Source: Eledone cirrhosa (taxonomy: Eukaryota). From it: a stretch of DNA of 64,000 nucleotides. The notes under the pieces were generated by a model that saw nothing but the letters and a program-made list of their open reading frames with translations, had not been told where the DNA came from and ran no database searches. The stretch spans positions 120,776,001 to 120,840,000 of the forward strand of contig OZ024740.1 in assembly GCA_964016885.1 (NCBI GenBank). Direction: 5' to 3'. Position 1 is the stretch's first letter. Every line of letters begins with the position of its first letter. The position numbers were made by a program, and so were the translations under genes. Positions 1 through 13,660 of this stretch are shown piece by piece.

Positions 1-451
1 CTTTTCGTTTAATCCAACCCTCTCTACATTCTCTTAAATTAATTAATTAATTTCTAATTAATCTATTTATTTGTTCATTCGTTCAATTCATTCATTCGTT
101 TCTTCCATTCTCTTTCTCCATTCATTCATTCATGCATTTTTCATTTTTTCTCTCACTCTCAAATTTTATTTCTTGTTTTTTAATGCATCTCTCACCTCCT
201 CTCTCTAATACACACACCACCCTTTTCTCTCCTCTCTCTCTCTCTCTGTCTATATATATACAAATAAATTATCGAGAATCGGAACTTCGGCCCACGAAAT
301 AACGAAACACAATCTTCGAAATGTGTGGCAAAGTGCTCAATAGTTTGGATAAACCAGAGCTATAACTAACGTTTAATACCAACACACTATATATATATAT
401 ATATATATACAAAGATCGGAATTAAAGTATTCCGCAGTTCACAATAATAAT

Positions 452-563
452 AATTGTTTCTAATTTTGACACAAGGCCAGCAATTATCACAGTGTATTAC
501 TGGTACTTTATTTTTATCGACCCCATAAGGATGAAAAGCAAAGTTAACCTCGGCGGGATTTGA
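452..563 (-). mobile_element. tRNA-derived SINE, 3' part (family S)
   Basis: Matches the full copy at 19426-19613 (...tactggtactttatt...tatcgaccccataaggatgaaaagcaaagttaacctcggcgggatttgaa); breaks off within the B box. Confidence 0.8.
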
Positions 564-783
564 ATAATAATAATAATAGCTCGAATAGTTCTCCATACAG
601 TAACGGTTAAACCCACATGTAATAATTTTTTACACACATCTCACTGTGTAACACACTTCTCTCTGTGTAATACATTTGTATATATATATATTAATTAATT
701 TTAAACCCTGCATATATGTTAAACCATTTTAAAACGGTTTACGCTTAACCGATAGTGTTAGTAGTCTCATTCACGCATCTATC

Positions 784-823
<40 letters not shown>

Positions 824-825
824 TT

Positions 826-2157
826 GCTTTAAGTATCACTTTAGAAGGAGAATCAGGGTGGAGAGAGAGGCACTGCACCCCAGTAAATTTACTGAAAGGT
901 GGGTGAATGAAGCGAAAATGGTCCGAGTGATTGGGCCTTCTCTGTTTATAAGCCTGTAGGTTGAGGAAGAGAGCAAAAGGAAGAAAGGACCACTTGCACA
1001 ACACGCTTCTTGAGTTGAGGGTTGTTCTATCGACGGGGTATTAAACAACCCATTTGTGGCGCCTCCCCCCTATTGGGGATTTCGATTGTTGAAATTGTTT
1101 GTTTTTATATTTTTTACACGACTGTATGTAAAATCCCCGGCATGTCTTTGTATTGTCCCCTTTTCTTGTTGCGCCCTTGTGGCTAATAAAGAGATCTATC
1201 TATCTATCTATTTGCACATTTTGGAAGAAGAATCAGGATGGAGAGAGAGGTGCTGTACCCCAGCAAATTTTATAAAAGGTGGGTGAATGTGGCAAAGATG
1301 GTCCGAGTGGTTGGGCCTTCTCTCTATATAAGCCTGTAGGTTGAGGAAAAAGGGGAAGAGAGGAAGGGAGTACTCACTCTTGGTGCTCCTGGAGATGAGG
1401 GTTGTACATATTTTCGGGGTGTGTACAACCCCTCTGTAACGCCTCCCTCCTATTGGGGATATCAATTGTTATTTGTTATTTTATTAATAGTTTTATTTTC
1501 ATATACCTGTATGTAAACTCCCCATTTGTATTTGTCCCCTTCTTTTGTGCCCTTGTGGCTAATAAAGAAATTTATCTATCTATTTGCAGATTTTTTCGGG
1601 GGTATGCGTTTCCCATATGTAATGTCTCCTCCTATTGGGGAAAATCGATTGTTTTTTAAATTGCATTTGTAATAGTATTTTACACGTTTTTATTGTGTGT
1701 AAGCTTCCCCCTTTGTATTTGTCCTCTTCTTTTGTGCCCCTGTGGCTAATAAAGAAACATATCTATCTATCTATCTATCTCTTTTTTTCAAATACCACTT
1801 TGGAAGAAGAATCAGGATGGAGAGAGAGGTGCTGTACCACAGCAAGTTTTATGAAAGGTGGGTGAAAGTGGCGAGAATGGACCGAGTGAATGGGCCTTCT
1901 CTCTATATCAGCCTGTAGGTTGAGGAAAAGGAGGAGGATAGGAAAGGAGTACAAACTCTTCGTACTCCTGGAGATGAAGGTTGCACATTTTTTCGGGGGT
2001 ATGTGTTACCCATATGAACTGTCTCCCCCTATAGGGGAAAATCGACCAATTTTTTAAATTGCATTTGTGATAACATTTTACACGTTTTTATTGTATGTAA
2101 ACTTCCCCCTTTGTATTTGTCCCCTTCTTTTGTGCCCCTGTGGCTAATAAAGAAACA
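826..2157 (+). mobile_element. Four head-to-tail 5'-truncated 3' ends of an L1/Tx1-type LINE in a (TATC)n tract (~826-1193, ~1212-1570, ~1585-1759, ~1781-2157)
   Basis: Copy 1 translates HFRRRIRVEREALHPSKFTERWVNEAKMVRVIGPSLFISL*, aligning with the ORF2 C-terminus at ~16950-17075 (HLKRKIRVEGEVLSSQHFVERWVREARMARVNGPTLSIYL*). Each copy ends gtggctAATAAAga followed by TATC repeats. Confidence 0.85.
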
Positions 2158-2168
2158 TATCTCTTTCT

Positions 2169-2202
<34 letters not shown>

Positions 2203-2489
2203 TCTATCTATCTATCTATCTATCTATTTAGCTGTCTGTCCAATGTCCTTCCTTGTTCTGTTATCCGATTGTCTATAACTATCATATCATTTTCAGTCAT
2301 ATTCACACTCGGTCCTCTCTCATTCATATTTAAAAATACTTGCTATACACCTACAGACGTACTTATCCTGAGTATTAAACATATACACAGAAACACAATC
2401 CCATATATATGAAATTCAGTATACACATCTCTCTCGTTCTCACTCTTCATACATACATGCTTACATATATACATATATATACACGTATA

Positions 2490-5400
2490 CTTGTACTTGT
2501 ACTTGTGTCGACATTCACCCTGGACGGGTTGAGCCGGCTTCTTCCCTTGTCCTGACGGCATCCCGAACCATGGCAGCCCACGCACGACGGTCCCGGGCTA
2601 GGTCACTGGAGATAGCGAGCCAGTCACGGTTCCACCTACGGACCTGCGAGTTCGGAGAAGTCCTCCTTGATCGTCGTTGCCCAGGTCTTCAGCTGCTGGC
2701 CAACGCGCTTACGCCAGTTAGGGAGTGGAGGTGGAAGGAGAACATCGCGGATCAGCTCAACCTCACGGCGCCGAGTTGCGTGACTAAACCTCTCAAGCGC
2801 CGTTGCAGAAGCACTGAAGGAAGGGGTCGAAGATTCAGGCGAAGACGAAGACTGGTGGTAGGTACCCGATCAACGCGCTGGCGGCGAAGAATGCGGCGGA
2901 GACAGTCATTGTCGAAGACCTCCAGCCCTCGTTGATCGACTACCCTCATAGGCCATGTTTCACAGCCATAGAGGAGGATAGCGCTCTTTGGTCGCCAAGG
3001 TGATCTCTCTTCTGTCCCACAGACACCGCTGAAGGGGCCCAAAAGCGAATCTGGCAGCACCTATGCGACGCTTGACTTCGGATGCGCCCTGCCCCGTGGG
3101 AATCACTGTTGAGCCCAGGTAAACGGAGGATTCCACTTCTTCCAGGTCCACGCCCTCGAGAGATATTGGCTGCCAGGCATCAGGCGAGACCAGTGACGTC
3201 ATGACTTTCGACTTGGTTGCATTGATTCGTAGACCAACAGCGGCGGCTGCAGTGTACACCCTTTTGAGAGAACCTTGTACATCTGTCCCGTTAGCGCCCA
3301 TCAGCACGATGTCATCCGCGTAGGCCAGGTCTGTGTCCACAATCCCTCTCCCGACCTCTACGCCCGGGTAATCCCGGAGTGCTGTATTGAGAGTGTAGTC
3401 AATGGCGTAGTTAAAGAGAGTTGGCGATAGCGCACACCCCTGCCGAACACCGGTTCCAACATCGAACGACTCCGTCTCCCCACCATAGCCCTCGCTCGAG
3501 CCCGAGTCAACCGGTGTTGGCCTTGTATGAGAAGCAGCTTCACCGGGATGCCGTCCGCCTGCATTATACGCCATAGGGCTTCCCGATCTATCGAGTTGAA
3601 GGCAGCTGCAAAGTCGATGAAGCAGAGGGCGGTAGGCTGTTGTTGTGCCCACCGTTGTTACAGGACACGCCAGAGAATGAAGATTTGATCAACGCACCCC
3701 CTCCCGGACGGAAGCCGCCCTGAGAAGGACGGGTACGGACATCACGGATGGCGTGAAACCTCTTCAGCAGAAGAATTGCGAAGGTTTTGGCAGCAACGTC
3801 AATTAAACTGATAACCCTGTAGTTGGAACACAGTTTCCTGTTGCCTTTTTTTAAGAAGGATACGAGAGTTTCCTCGCTCCAGTCACCATCGAACTGCGCC
3901 GTCGCCCACACCAAGGAGAAGACTCGATGGAGCCAAGCTGCGAAGACATCAGGCTCGGCCTTGTAGACCTAAGCTGGAACGCCATCTTCGCCCGGCGCCT
4001 TGTTGTTCGGGAGATGTGTCAGGACACTACGTACCTTTACGACTGTTGGAGGGTCAATGCTGCACCCGTATTCTTCTCCAGAAGGCTGCACGTAGGTTGG
4101 CGTGGGTGGTGGTGGGTCGTTGAGCAGCTCGGAGAAATGGTCCCGCCTTCGGACTAGCCGGTCATTAAGATTGGTAATGACCACCCCGATCCGATCACGG
4201 TTGGTAGAGCTTTCGCGAGTCTCCACAGGCTGCTGCCCTCTCTGTTGATCCTCAAATTCGCGCCAGTGTGCATTCCGATCGGCCCGAATAGCCCGAGAAG
4301 TGTGACGTCGGAGATCTCGAATTTGGGTGCACCCTCGAGTCGGGCCACTCTCGCCATCTCCACGAGTTCAAGAGTGCCGCCGGAGATCCAGTCCCGATGG
4401 CCACTTTGGGTCGACCCGAGATGCTCTCTGGCCACATCAACCGTCGCTGCCCTGAGCGCGTTTCACTCCTGCTCCGGTTGCTGTTCCAATTCGTTACTCA
4501 GCATTTGGAATCGGTTTCGCAGCTCTAGCCGGCAAGCATTTCCAGCATCGAGCTTGAGTCGCAAGATGTCGATCCTTTTCTGGCGGTTGGGAGGAGGTTT
4601 CGCCTGCAACCACATAATGGTTGCTCGAACAAGAGTATGGTCTGGCCCACGCCCACTGCCCGTATCAGCCCCCACCCCCGATACATCACTGAGCTGGCCC
4701 ACCTAGATCTGACCAGGATGTTGTCAATCTGATTGGCTGTTCTTCCGTCAGTGGATCGCCGCGTGACGAGGTGACACCGAGGATGTTGGAACCGGGTGTT
4801 GGTGACGATAAGACGATTGGCATCCGGGAAGGACACGAGCCGTTCACTATTGTCACAGCGTACGCCTAGGGCGAAGCGCCCTAGAATATGCCATGTTGTA
4901 TCATCAGCCGGCCCCGTCTGCGCATTCCAGTCCCCAGCGACAATGAGAACATCACTGGAGGGGACGCCATCCACGGTTGTTTGGAGATCGGCATAGAACT
5001 GCGTCTTGTCCGCCTCATCCGAATTGAGTGCGGGAGCGTAGACGGCAATTACGCTGACGTTGGAGATTTGACCCTTCAATTGAACCAGCGCGAGTCGGTG
5101 TGAGATCGGCTGCCACGCCAGCAGAGCTGCTTGCTCGTCGTGGCCGAGCGCTACAGCGATTCCGTGAAGGCCACTGTTGTCAGTCACGCCACTATGGTAC
5201 AAGTGGTAGGAGATGTCCTCGCCAGGAACTTTGATCGGAAGATGACCAACATCGGGAAGTCCAACTTCTGAAAGGCAAGCGCCACTAACGCAGTACATGT
5301 GCAGCGCCTGGACACCGTCGTCACGAAGTGTTTGGACGTTCCAGCACGCCACCCTCAATTCCTTCCTTCGTCTGAAGAGCAGGACTACTGCGGGAGTAGT

Positions 5401-5829
5401 CTGTAGAGCCATAGCGGTAGGAGCGCTGTTGCTTTGCATTGCGTTCGTAGCGAGAAGGCAATTCGTATGCATAGTTCGTATTTGTAGGATTCATGGAAGA
5501 AGTGTCATGGGATTAGTGAATTCACAAGCGATCCACCAAAATCCCCCATGTATATCCCGAACGAGGGGAAAAAACGTCCTGTTTGCCGCAGATTCTTCAC
5601 AGACGCAGGGACAGAAACGACCCGAAGCCGCCGGTTACCGGAACAGACACCTCTTGGATTTTCACCAGAGCCCCTTTTACCGGGTTGCGGCCCTAATACC
5701 GCTGGGTGCCAGACAAATCCGCCTTGGGTGGCCCTACCAGGAACCGAAGTTCCCGACGGCATAGCTCTGACACTACTTGTTGCCACCGCCCTGCTACTTT
5801 GAGGAGGGGTTGGACTTTAGGTTGTATAC
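2490..5829 (-). mobile_element. Full-length, frameshifted RTE-clade non-LTR retrotransposon
   Basis: APE endonuclease motifs (WNVQTL, AVYAP, AGDWNA, NQIDNILV) in 4525-5472. RT motifs (NYRVISLID, GVRQGCALSPTLFN, DLAYADDIV, LLYGCETW) in fragments 2752-4226. (CAAGTA)n 3' tail at ~2490-2506. 10-bp TSD TACACGTATA at 2480-2489 and 5830-5839. Confidence 0.9.
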
Positions 5830-6320
5830 TACACGTATATGCACATATATATATCTGTTTGTATGTATGTGTTCACAAATATAACTACTCATAGACGTGT
5901 ATATTGGATATATAATTAATCATACTCCAAACGAATATCTGTATAGTATGATTATTAACACAAGTACAAGTGTGCCTGAGTGAATGGGCATATGTATATA
6001 TGTATATATATATATATGACCACACACACATATGTATATATAGTGTAGATACGCAATACATATTTTTCATATGTAAAAATGTATATATGGATGTGTACGT
6101 ATTTATATATGTTTGTGTGTGTGTATATGTGTTTTTGTGTGAGTATACATATATATGTACGTACTAGAATATATGTTAAAACATTTATAAGTGTGTGCGG
6201 GTGTGTAGACTTATGTTTGTACGGCTATTTATACATTGTACACCTACACACATAGGCACTTATGTGCGTATGCGTTTTTGTGTTTGGCATATGAATGTGT
6301 GTATATGTATGTGTGTTAAC

Positions 6321-6662
<342 letters not shown>

Positions 6663-6999
6663 GTTAACACGCGTAGAGTGGGTGGTGTAAGAGTGTGTGT
6701 GCGTTCGTGTGCGTAGGGTTGGGGGGGTGTTAGTGATGTTAGTTGCGTGTAGAGTGGGTGGTGTAAGTGGGTGTGTGTGTTCGTGTACGTAGAGTCGGGG
6801 GTGTTAATGATGTTAGTTGCGGGGTGGTGGGGTGGATGTGTGGGGGTGAGGGTTAGTGGTGGTAGTAGGGTGTGTGTTTAGTGTGAGCGCGTCTATATAT
6901 GTAACGCTGGGTGTGTGCGTGTGATAAGGAGAGGGGGGAGAAGAAGGGAGGGATGTTAGTATGTTAGTTGGGGAAGGTTGGTCGGATGTGGCGTGGAGG

Positions 7000-7900
7000 T
7001 GTTAGTATTTTTAGTTGTGCGGTGGGCGGTGAAAAGGAGGGGTGTGTTAGTAGTGTTAGTGGGGGATATGTGTGGGGCCTGTAGCTTTTGTGCGTCGCAC
7101 GAATCGCTAGTCTTCCGTTCGGGTGCGGAACTCGTCGCTGTGCGGAGTGTGGGGTATGAAGCGAAGGCCTCTACTAAGGAGTGAGCGCTCAGGTGTGGCG
7201 AGGGGGAGGTCAGGGGGTATGGTGACAGCATATTGTGGGGTTTGGGTGTGTGAGGGAGGAAGGGAGGGTATGGTGAGGGGTGAGGTGGAGGGTGGAGTTT
7301 GGGTAGGTGTGTGGGTAGAGGGAGGGGTGGAGAGTGGTGGGATGGGTGGGATGGGTGTGGGGGCTCATAGGGATGGGCGGGTGGTGGTGGATGGGGGTGG
7401 TTGGGAGAAGTGAGTGTAGCTTACGGGCTTTGGTGGAGGTGAGGAAGGAGAAGAGGTCGTGGTTGAGGTTTTGGATGAAGATGAGGATGGTGTGGGCGAG
7501 GAGGGGGTGGCAGGTGGAGCTAAGGCGGAGGAGGGTGGGGGTCAGTTCGTAATCAAGTTTGCGGATGGTGGAGCGGAAGGCGCGGATGGAGTTGCGCATT
7601 AGGAGGCGCAAGGATTGGGTGAGGATACGTTGGGTGGAGGGGGAAGAGGGGGGGGGGGTGTAGACGGAAGCCGAGGGGGATAAGGTGGAGGTGGAGGCAG
7701 TGGCTGAGGAAATGGATGTGGCTGGAGTGCCGGGTTTTGGCAAAGAGAAGGTAGGAGCGTTGAAGGGCCAGGGGAGATAGCAGGGTGGAAGGAGGGGTGT
7801 GAGGAAAAGTTTGAGGCTAGTGTGGAGTTGGTGGAGAAAGGATCTCAGGCTGGGCATGGTGGGCGTTGAGTGAAAGCAGGGGGAGGAATGAGAAAGCAGG
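7000..7900 (-). mobile_element. Probable decayed N-terminal region of a Penelope-like element ORF
   Basis: ORF 7210-7857 (SFLHQL...QRILTQSLRLLMRNSIR...TKARKLHSL) resembles the helical N-terminus of Penelope-type ORFs as recalled. A degenerate hammerhead-like fold lies at 7096-7144 (-). No RT motif seen. Confidence 0.4.
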
Positions 7901-7972
7901 TGTGTGAAGCGGGGGGTGTTGAACGAAGGGGTGAGTGCGAATGATAGGTAGAGACGGGGAAGGGAAAATCAA

Positions 7973-10325
7973 CGATCTGTTTTCCTTGTCCAAAACCACC
8001 AGGTCGGGTCAATTCTGTTCCAGTTTCTTGTCCGTCTGTATCCTAAAATCCCACAGCACCTTCACCTGATCGTTTTCTATCACCGACTCTGGCTTATGCT
8101 CATACCACTTCTCAGAATGTGGTAAATTGTTTACTTTGCATAGGTGCCAGTGGATCACCCTGCCAATCACATCATGTCTCCAGCCTTTATAGTGAGTCTG
8201 GGCTAGGTGTTTACACTCGGATACAATGTGAGCCACAGTCTCCTCTCTCTCTCCACAGATCCTGCACAGTGGGCTAGCCTCCTCCTTGTAAATATGGTGT
8301 TTCAACCGTTTCATTTTGAGGGCCTGCTCTTGCGCAGCCATTAGCATTCCTTCTGTAGCCTTTTTGAGGTCTCCTCTTTTCAACCAGTTCCATGTCTGTG
8401 GATCTCTGAATTCAGTTTTCTCAAAGAAGGTACTATGAAGGGATTTTTCATGAAGGCTACTCTCTCTCCTTGTTGTTATTTCCTCCTTGAACATCCCCTG
8501 GTCTATTGTCCTCTCTTTAAGTACAATTCTTAGCATTGGCTCCTTACTATCAGTCACGTATTTGTGTAGGTTCTTTTTCTCCGTCTGAACACAGTCCTCT
8601 ATGCTGATAAGACCTCTTCCACCTTCAGATCTCCTTAAGTAGAGTCTATCGACATCACTCCTCTTGTGGAACATGTTGTAGATAGTCAATAGCTTCCTAG
8701 TCTTCCTATCCATTTCTTTTTGTTCAGCAACATTCCATCTCAGAATTCCCGCGCTGTACCTAATAATAGACACAGCTCGGGAATTTACTGCACTTATGGC
8801 ATTCCTACTGTTCAGATGTGACTTTAATACGCTCCTTACTCGCCGAATGTATTCAGATCTTATCAATTCCTTCATTTGTTTGTTCTTGATGTCATCAGCC
8901 TCCAGAACACCCAAATACTTGTATCCTTATTCAGTGTCAATTTCCTTTATCATCTCACCTTTTGGTACCTGGATTCCGTTGCTTCTGCTCAATTTACCCC
9001 TCTTCATTACACGGACTCCACACTTACTAATACCAAATTGCATACATATATCATTGCTGAAAATACGGACAGTGTCAACAAGCACATCCAACTCCTTCTC
9101 ACTCTTCCCGAAGAGCTTAAGATCGTCCATGAAGAGGAGGTGATTGATGGTAAGCTCTCCCTTTCCCAACCTGTATCCTGCTCTCACTTTTCGCAGTATA
9201 ATGGTCAGGGGCATCAGGGCAAGGACAAACAACAGAGGGGGCAGACTATCTCCCTGGAAGATGCCTCTCTTGATCTTCACGCCTCCCAAGGATTCTCCAG
9301 CTGATGTTAACTCTGTTTTCCAGGCATTCATACTTTTGTCCAACAACTGTCTGATGTTATCTGCCACCTTGAAGATCACGAGGCTTTTGGTGATCCAAGA
9401 ATGAGGCACCATGTCAAATGCCTTTTTGTAGTCTATCCATCCCATGGCAAGACCAGTGTGTCTCCTCTTGCAATTCCTCATTACCATCTTATCAATAAGT
9501 AACTGGTCCTTTGTACCACGAGACTTCTTTCGGCATCCTTTCTGTTCGTCGGTAACAAGTTGTTTGTGTGGAGGTGATTGTAGATTTCCTTAGACATAAT
9601 GCTTGTCAACAGTTTCCACACTACGGACAGACATGTGATAGGTCTATAGTTGGTAACATCATTACCCTTGATTCGGTCTTTCATTATCAGAACTGTGGTA
9701 CCTTTTGTCAACCACTTTGGTACCTCACCAGACATCAAGCAGTCATTGAACATGGTTGTCAGTTTCGGGTGGAGGGATGTTATAATTTTAATCCAATACC
9801 CCTGCACACCATCTGGGCCTGGTGATTTCCAGTTGGTAGATTTTTGGCCTGCCCCTTAAGAGTTTCAACTGTGATACTCAAATCAGTTTGTTGGTGTGCC
9901 TGTTCACTAATCTTCTTTTGTACTGTCTCAATCCACACTGCCTGGTCATTATGTTTAACATCCTGCTCCCATATTCCTCTCCAGAATGTCTTTGTTTGTT
10001 TTCCTTCAATCTGTCCAAACAACATCATCTGGTTGCTGTCAAACATGCGGTTCTGTCTATACTGACTCGTATCGCCTAATTTTTGCACTCTTTGCTACAA
10101 TGCGTTGCTTCAATTCCTCTATGATAATATTTAGCCTTTTCCTCCTAGTTTTGTACTTTATTTCCAGTATATTTTTAGTGTCTATGTTTTTTAGTGTCCC
10201 ATTCAGTAGGGACTCAAGCTTTCCAATGTCATTTCTCATTTCCCTGATTTGACCATTCAGTCGTTTCTTCCACCAAGGTTCTGATCTTTCTTGTTTGTTG
10301 TTTCCTCTCGCTTCTATGCCAAGTA
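7973..10325 (-). mobile_element. R4/Dong-type RLE non-LTR retrotransposon, internal fragment with frameshifts
   Basis: Highly similar to the element at 42569-46626. RT ([16 protein letters not shown]), CCHC knuckle (CRICGEREETVAHIVSEC) and RH motif are split over ORFs 8009-10371. Confidence 0.92.
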
Positions 10326-10352
10326 ATATTATTATTATTATTATTACTATTA

Positions 10353-10428
10353 TTACACGCAGAAATGCCAATTTGTACCGTCCTGTATTGTCCTGTACTG
10401 TCCTTAATGTCTACTTTATGTAAACCCT
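10353..10428 (+). mobile_element. Short 3'UTR stub of the Tx1-type LINE inside (TTA)n
   Basis: acacgcagaaatgcc...tactttatgtaaaccctt is nearly identical to 17233-17307. Confidence 0.85.
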
Positions 10429-10455
10429 TTATTATTATTACTATTATTGTTATTA

Positions 10456-11258
10456 CTCTATGAGTCTCAGTCATTGATGTTAGTTAACTGGAAAGTTTGT
10501 TGAAATGAATATCAAGCCACTACCTGCAGCCTCAGATATTCAGGACGTATCGGAGGGTTCTTGCTGTTCCCAGCATGCATGCCTTTTGAAGCGTTCCAAA
10601 AAGCGTGAAGGGGCCAATTTTCTTTAACCATCCCTGGAAACTTTTTGAGATAGTCCCTAGTGCGTCTATGACAATCGGGATCACTTTGACTTCATGGCAG
10701 TTCCAAATCCTTTTTACCTCCCACTTTAAGTCCTGGTATCGGTTAATTTTCTCCCTCTCCTTCTCTTGCACTCTCGTGTCGAATGGACAGGCCACAACTA
10801 CAATCAGGCACGATCTTTTTTCTTTGTCCACAACCACCAGGTCAGGTCTATTGTATTCCTGTTTCTTGTCCGTCTGTATCCTAAAATCTCACAGCACCTT
10901 CACCTGATCGTTTTCTATCACCACCTCTGGCTTATGCTCATACCACTTCTCAGAATGTGGTAAATTGTTTACTTTGCATAGGTGCCAGTGGATCACCCTG
11001 CCCATCACATCATGTCTCCAGCCCTTATAGTGAGTCTGGGCTAGGTGTTTACACTCGGATACAATGTGAGCCACAGTCTCCTCTCTCTCTCCACAGATCC
11101 TGCACAGTGGGCTAGCCTCCTCCTTGTAAATATGGTGTTTCAACCACTTCGTTTTGAGGGTCTGCTCTTGCGTAGCCATTAACATTCCTTCTGTAGCCTT
11201 TTTAAGGTCTCCTCTTTTCAACCAGTTCCATGTCTGTGGATCTCTAAATTCAGTTTTC
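10456..11258 (-). mobile_element. R4/Dong-type element, 5'-truncated 3' end (CCHC + RLE endonuclease + 3'UTR)
   Basis: RPDLVVVDK...ACPFD...EKINRYQDL...LQKACMLGTARTLR; flanked by (TTA)n on both sides. Confidence 0.92.
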
Positions 11259-11266
11259 ATTATTAC

Positions 11267-11300
<34 letters not shown>

Positions 11301-11516
11301 GAATGCTATGGTTGACGGAGGCTCGGCTCTGTAAGGTACTGTAAATTTTGAACGCTTTAACAATTGTAAATTGTTTAAAACTTAGACCAACTTGTAGACA
11401 AAAACACCCTCCTCCTCGTGAGAGGGGTCTTTCTGCCCGTTATTTGGCCCTTCGGGGTTAAATAACTGCTTATTGGGGGTTTGTACCCAATATTTATTTT
11501 AAACAAAAGAAACAAC

Positions 11517-13625
11517 ATGGCTACGAAAAAGAATTTGCATAGGTCACTCCCACTCATTCCGTCTTCTTCTTCCTCAATCGTCACTACAGCAGAGAGAAGA
11601 TTGTCTCTCTCCCTCCCTTCTTTAAATGTGTCTCTCTCCCTCCCTTCTCTTTCGCAAGTGACGAAAGAAAAGAAATGTCTCGTGCAAAGCATGCAAGGTT
11701 TCTCCACGACGACGACGACAGCGACGAAACAGGTGTGCGGGAAATACGAAAACCCAGTTCATTCATCTGACGTCAGGAATAATAGCAGTAGCAGCCGTAA
11801 TAACAATAGCAACAGTGACAATGAAAACAACAGTAGCAGCCGCAACAGCATCACCAGCAGCATAAACAACAACAGCATTAGCAGCAGCAACACCAACAAC
11901 AACCACAGCAACAGCGGCGAAGGCAGTAGTCGTAGTACCTGCAGCAACAACAAAAGTAACAGCAGCTCTGACGACAACAACAACAACAGCAGCATAGAAA
12001 AACCAATCTCATTTGCAGGTATTGCGAAAAACTTGGAAACAATCCTCATAACAAATGAGGAATTAGAGGAAGCGAAGAAGATGGTGACAAAGAAAGGACA
12101 CCGAGCAATCTGCAAGGCAGCGGAAAATTTTTTCGAAACCCAACAGCACTGTACGGTCACGTACCGTACAGTAAGTAAAAAATCCCGTAGGGTGGAATGA
12201 GCCACAGAGGCCAAATACAAAAAAGCCTTGGGGTCTGTGTGGCAGCGGAAAACGCACATCACCCGAGGCAAAAAATATGCCACCGTAGACGTACTTTTTG
12301 CCACACCCCAGGAGGCAAAGGCCCAATCCGTAGTGACCCTAAGGAGCGAGAAAATGGTGTTGGTGCCCTCCTACTGCGGGCCAAAAATTGTGAGGGTCAA
12401 ACTGACCCACGTCCCCCCCCCCCCCCAGGAATGGCCCCTTCTTGGCTGGCCGCGTCTGTCCTCGTCGGAATCGAGGACAAAACAACTGTACTGCAAGTAC
12501 AGAAAAAAGTAAGAGAAGATTGGGTCGGCACCTCCATTGAGATGCTAATCCAAACCAACCAGGAGTGCATCGAAGCTATCCCGGATGTGGTAGACTTCGA
12601 TAACGGCACTCAACTGCCCATAAGTGTTGAGGGCAAACGCCCGAAATGCTTTCGCTGTGGATCGAAGACTCACCTCAGGGCCTTCTGCAACGAGAAGACC
12701 CTGAGAAAGGAGAAAACCCCCCTCCTTCCGAATCCGGCTCCACGGCTACCAGCAACAGGACAAGCGGCAACCAGGAACGATAGGTCCGTGGCACCCATAC
12801 CCACGCCACGGAAATCAAAAACAGCAGCAGCAGTGGAAATATTAACAACAACAACAGCAATACCAAATGCAGCTGCAACAGAGACTCCAGTGCAAACATC
12901 ACCAACAACAACAAGTGAAAGAGTGGAGCTGGTACCCCTCCCCGACCTCACAGAATCAGACATGGAGTGTGAGGTGGGAGAGGGATGGCAAAAGGTCGTA
13001 AGAAGGCACAAACGCAGAAGCAGCGCATCGTCGCCTTTGAAAACGGAGGAAAGAAATGAGAAAAGGGTAAAGTCTACTGCAAAGAGACCCACAGCAGCAA
13101 CACCACCAACACCATCACCACCCACACTAGCACCACCATCACCACCGGCGACAACCCCACCGCCAACAACACCTTCAACACCACCACCACAAGCACCAAC
13201 ATCACAAACACAACAACAAAACACACACCCAGCAACAACGACAAGAAAATAGCAGAACCACACCCCACCCCCAGAAAAACAAATGCACGGCAATAAATAC
13301 ACACAACAAGAAACTAATGACTTACATAATTGAACACACAGACATTTCACAACAGGACTACATAATACCAGCACCAATCAAAACGCCAACTAACATAAGA
13401 CTGCTAAAAATAGCACAGAAACAATACACAAACATTAAAACGAAATTCCCCAACGCAGTTGGTGATTTCAGGGACCTAGGAGGAACCATCAATCGAAGAG
13501 TATATTCAGACATTCTCTTAGAAGAGCCGACGACCAGCCGAAGGGACGATTCAACGGTCCCTTCACCAGACGATCAAGTGAAAAGGGATGTAAAAACCAT
13601 CCCTCCTCTACGAAAAGTACGGTAA
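11517..13625 (+). pseudogene. Tx1 ORF1 (gag-like, CX2CX4HX4C), disrupted
   Basis: ATG at 11517; in-frame TGA at 12198-12200; frameshift in the poly-C run at ~12413-12426; CFRCGSKTHLRAFC knuckle; Pro/Thr-rich tail; TAG at 13250. The 3' limit is approximate. Confidence 0.7.
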
Positions 13626-13660
13626 GTGGTCTTTCCAATCTTTTCCACTCTATTTTAAAC

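Noticed and set aside
2490-5829. Horizontal transfer of the GC-rich RTE
   Set aside because: The Tx1 and CRE elements are similarly GC-rich; composition alone is not evidence without a phylogeny.
11385-11440. HDV-like ribozyme at the Tx1 5' end (TCCTCGT motif)
   Set aside because: P1 is only about 4-5 bp and no GG for P1.1 follows; the region folds as a simple hairpin.
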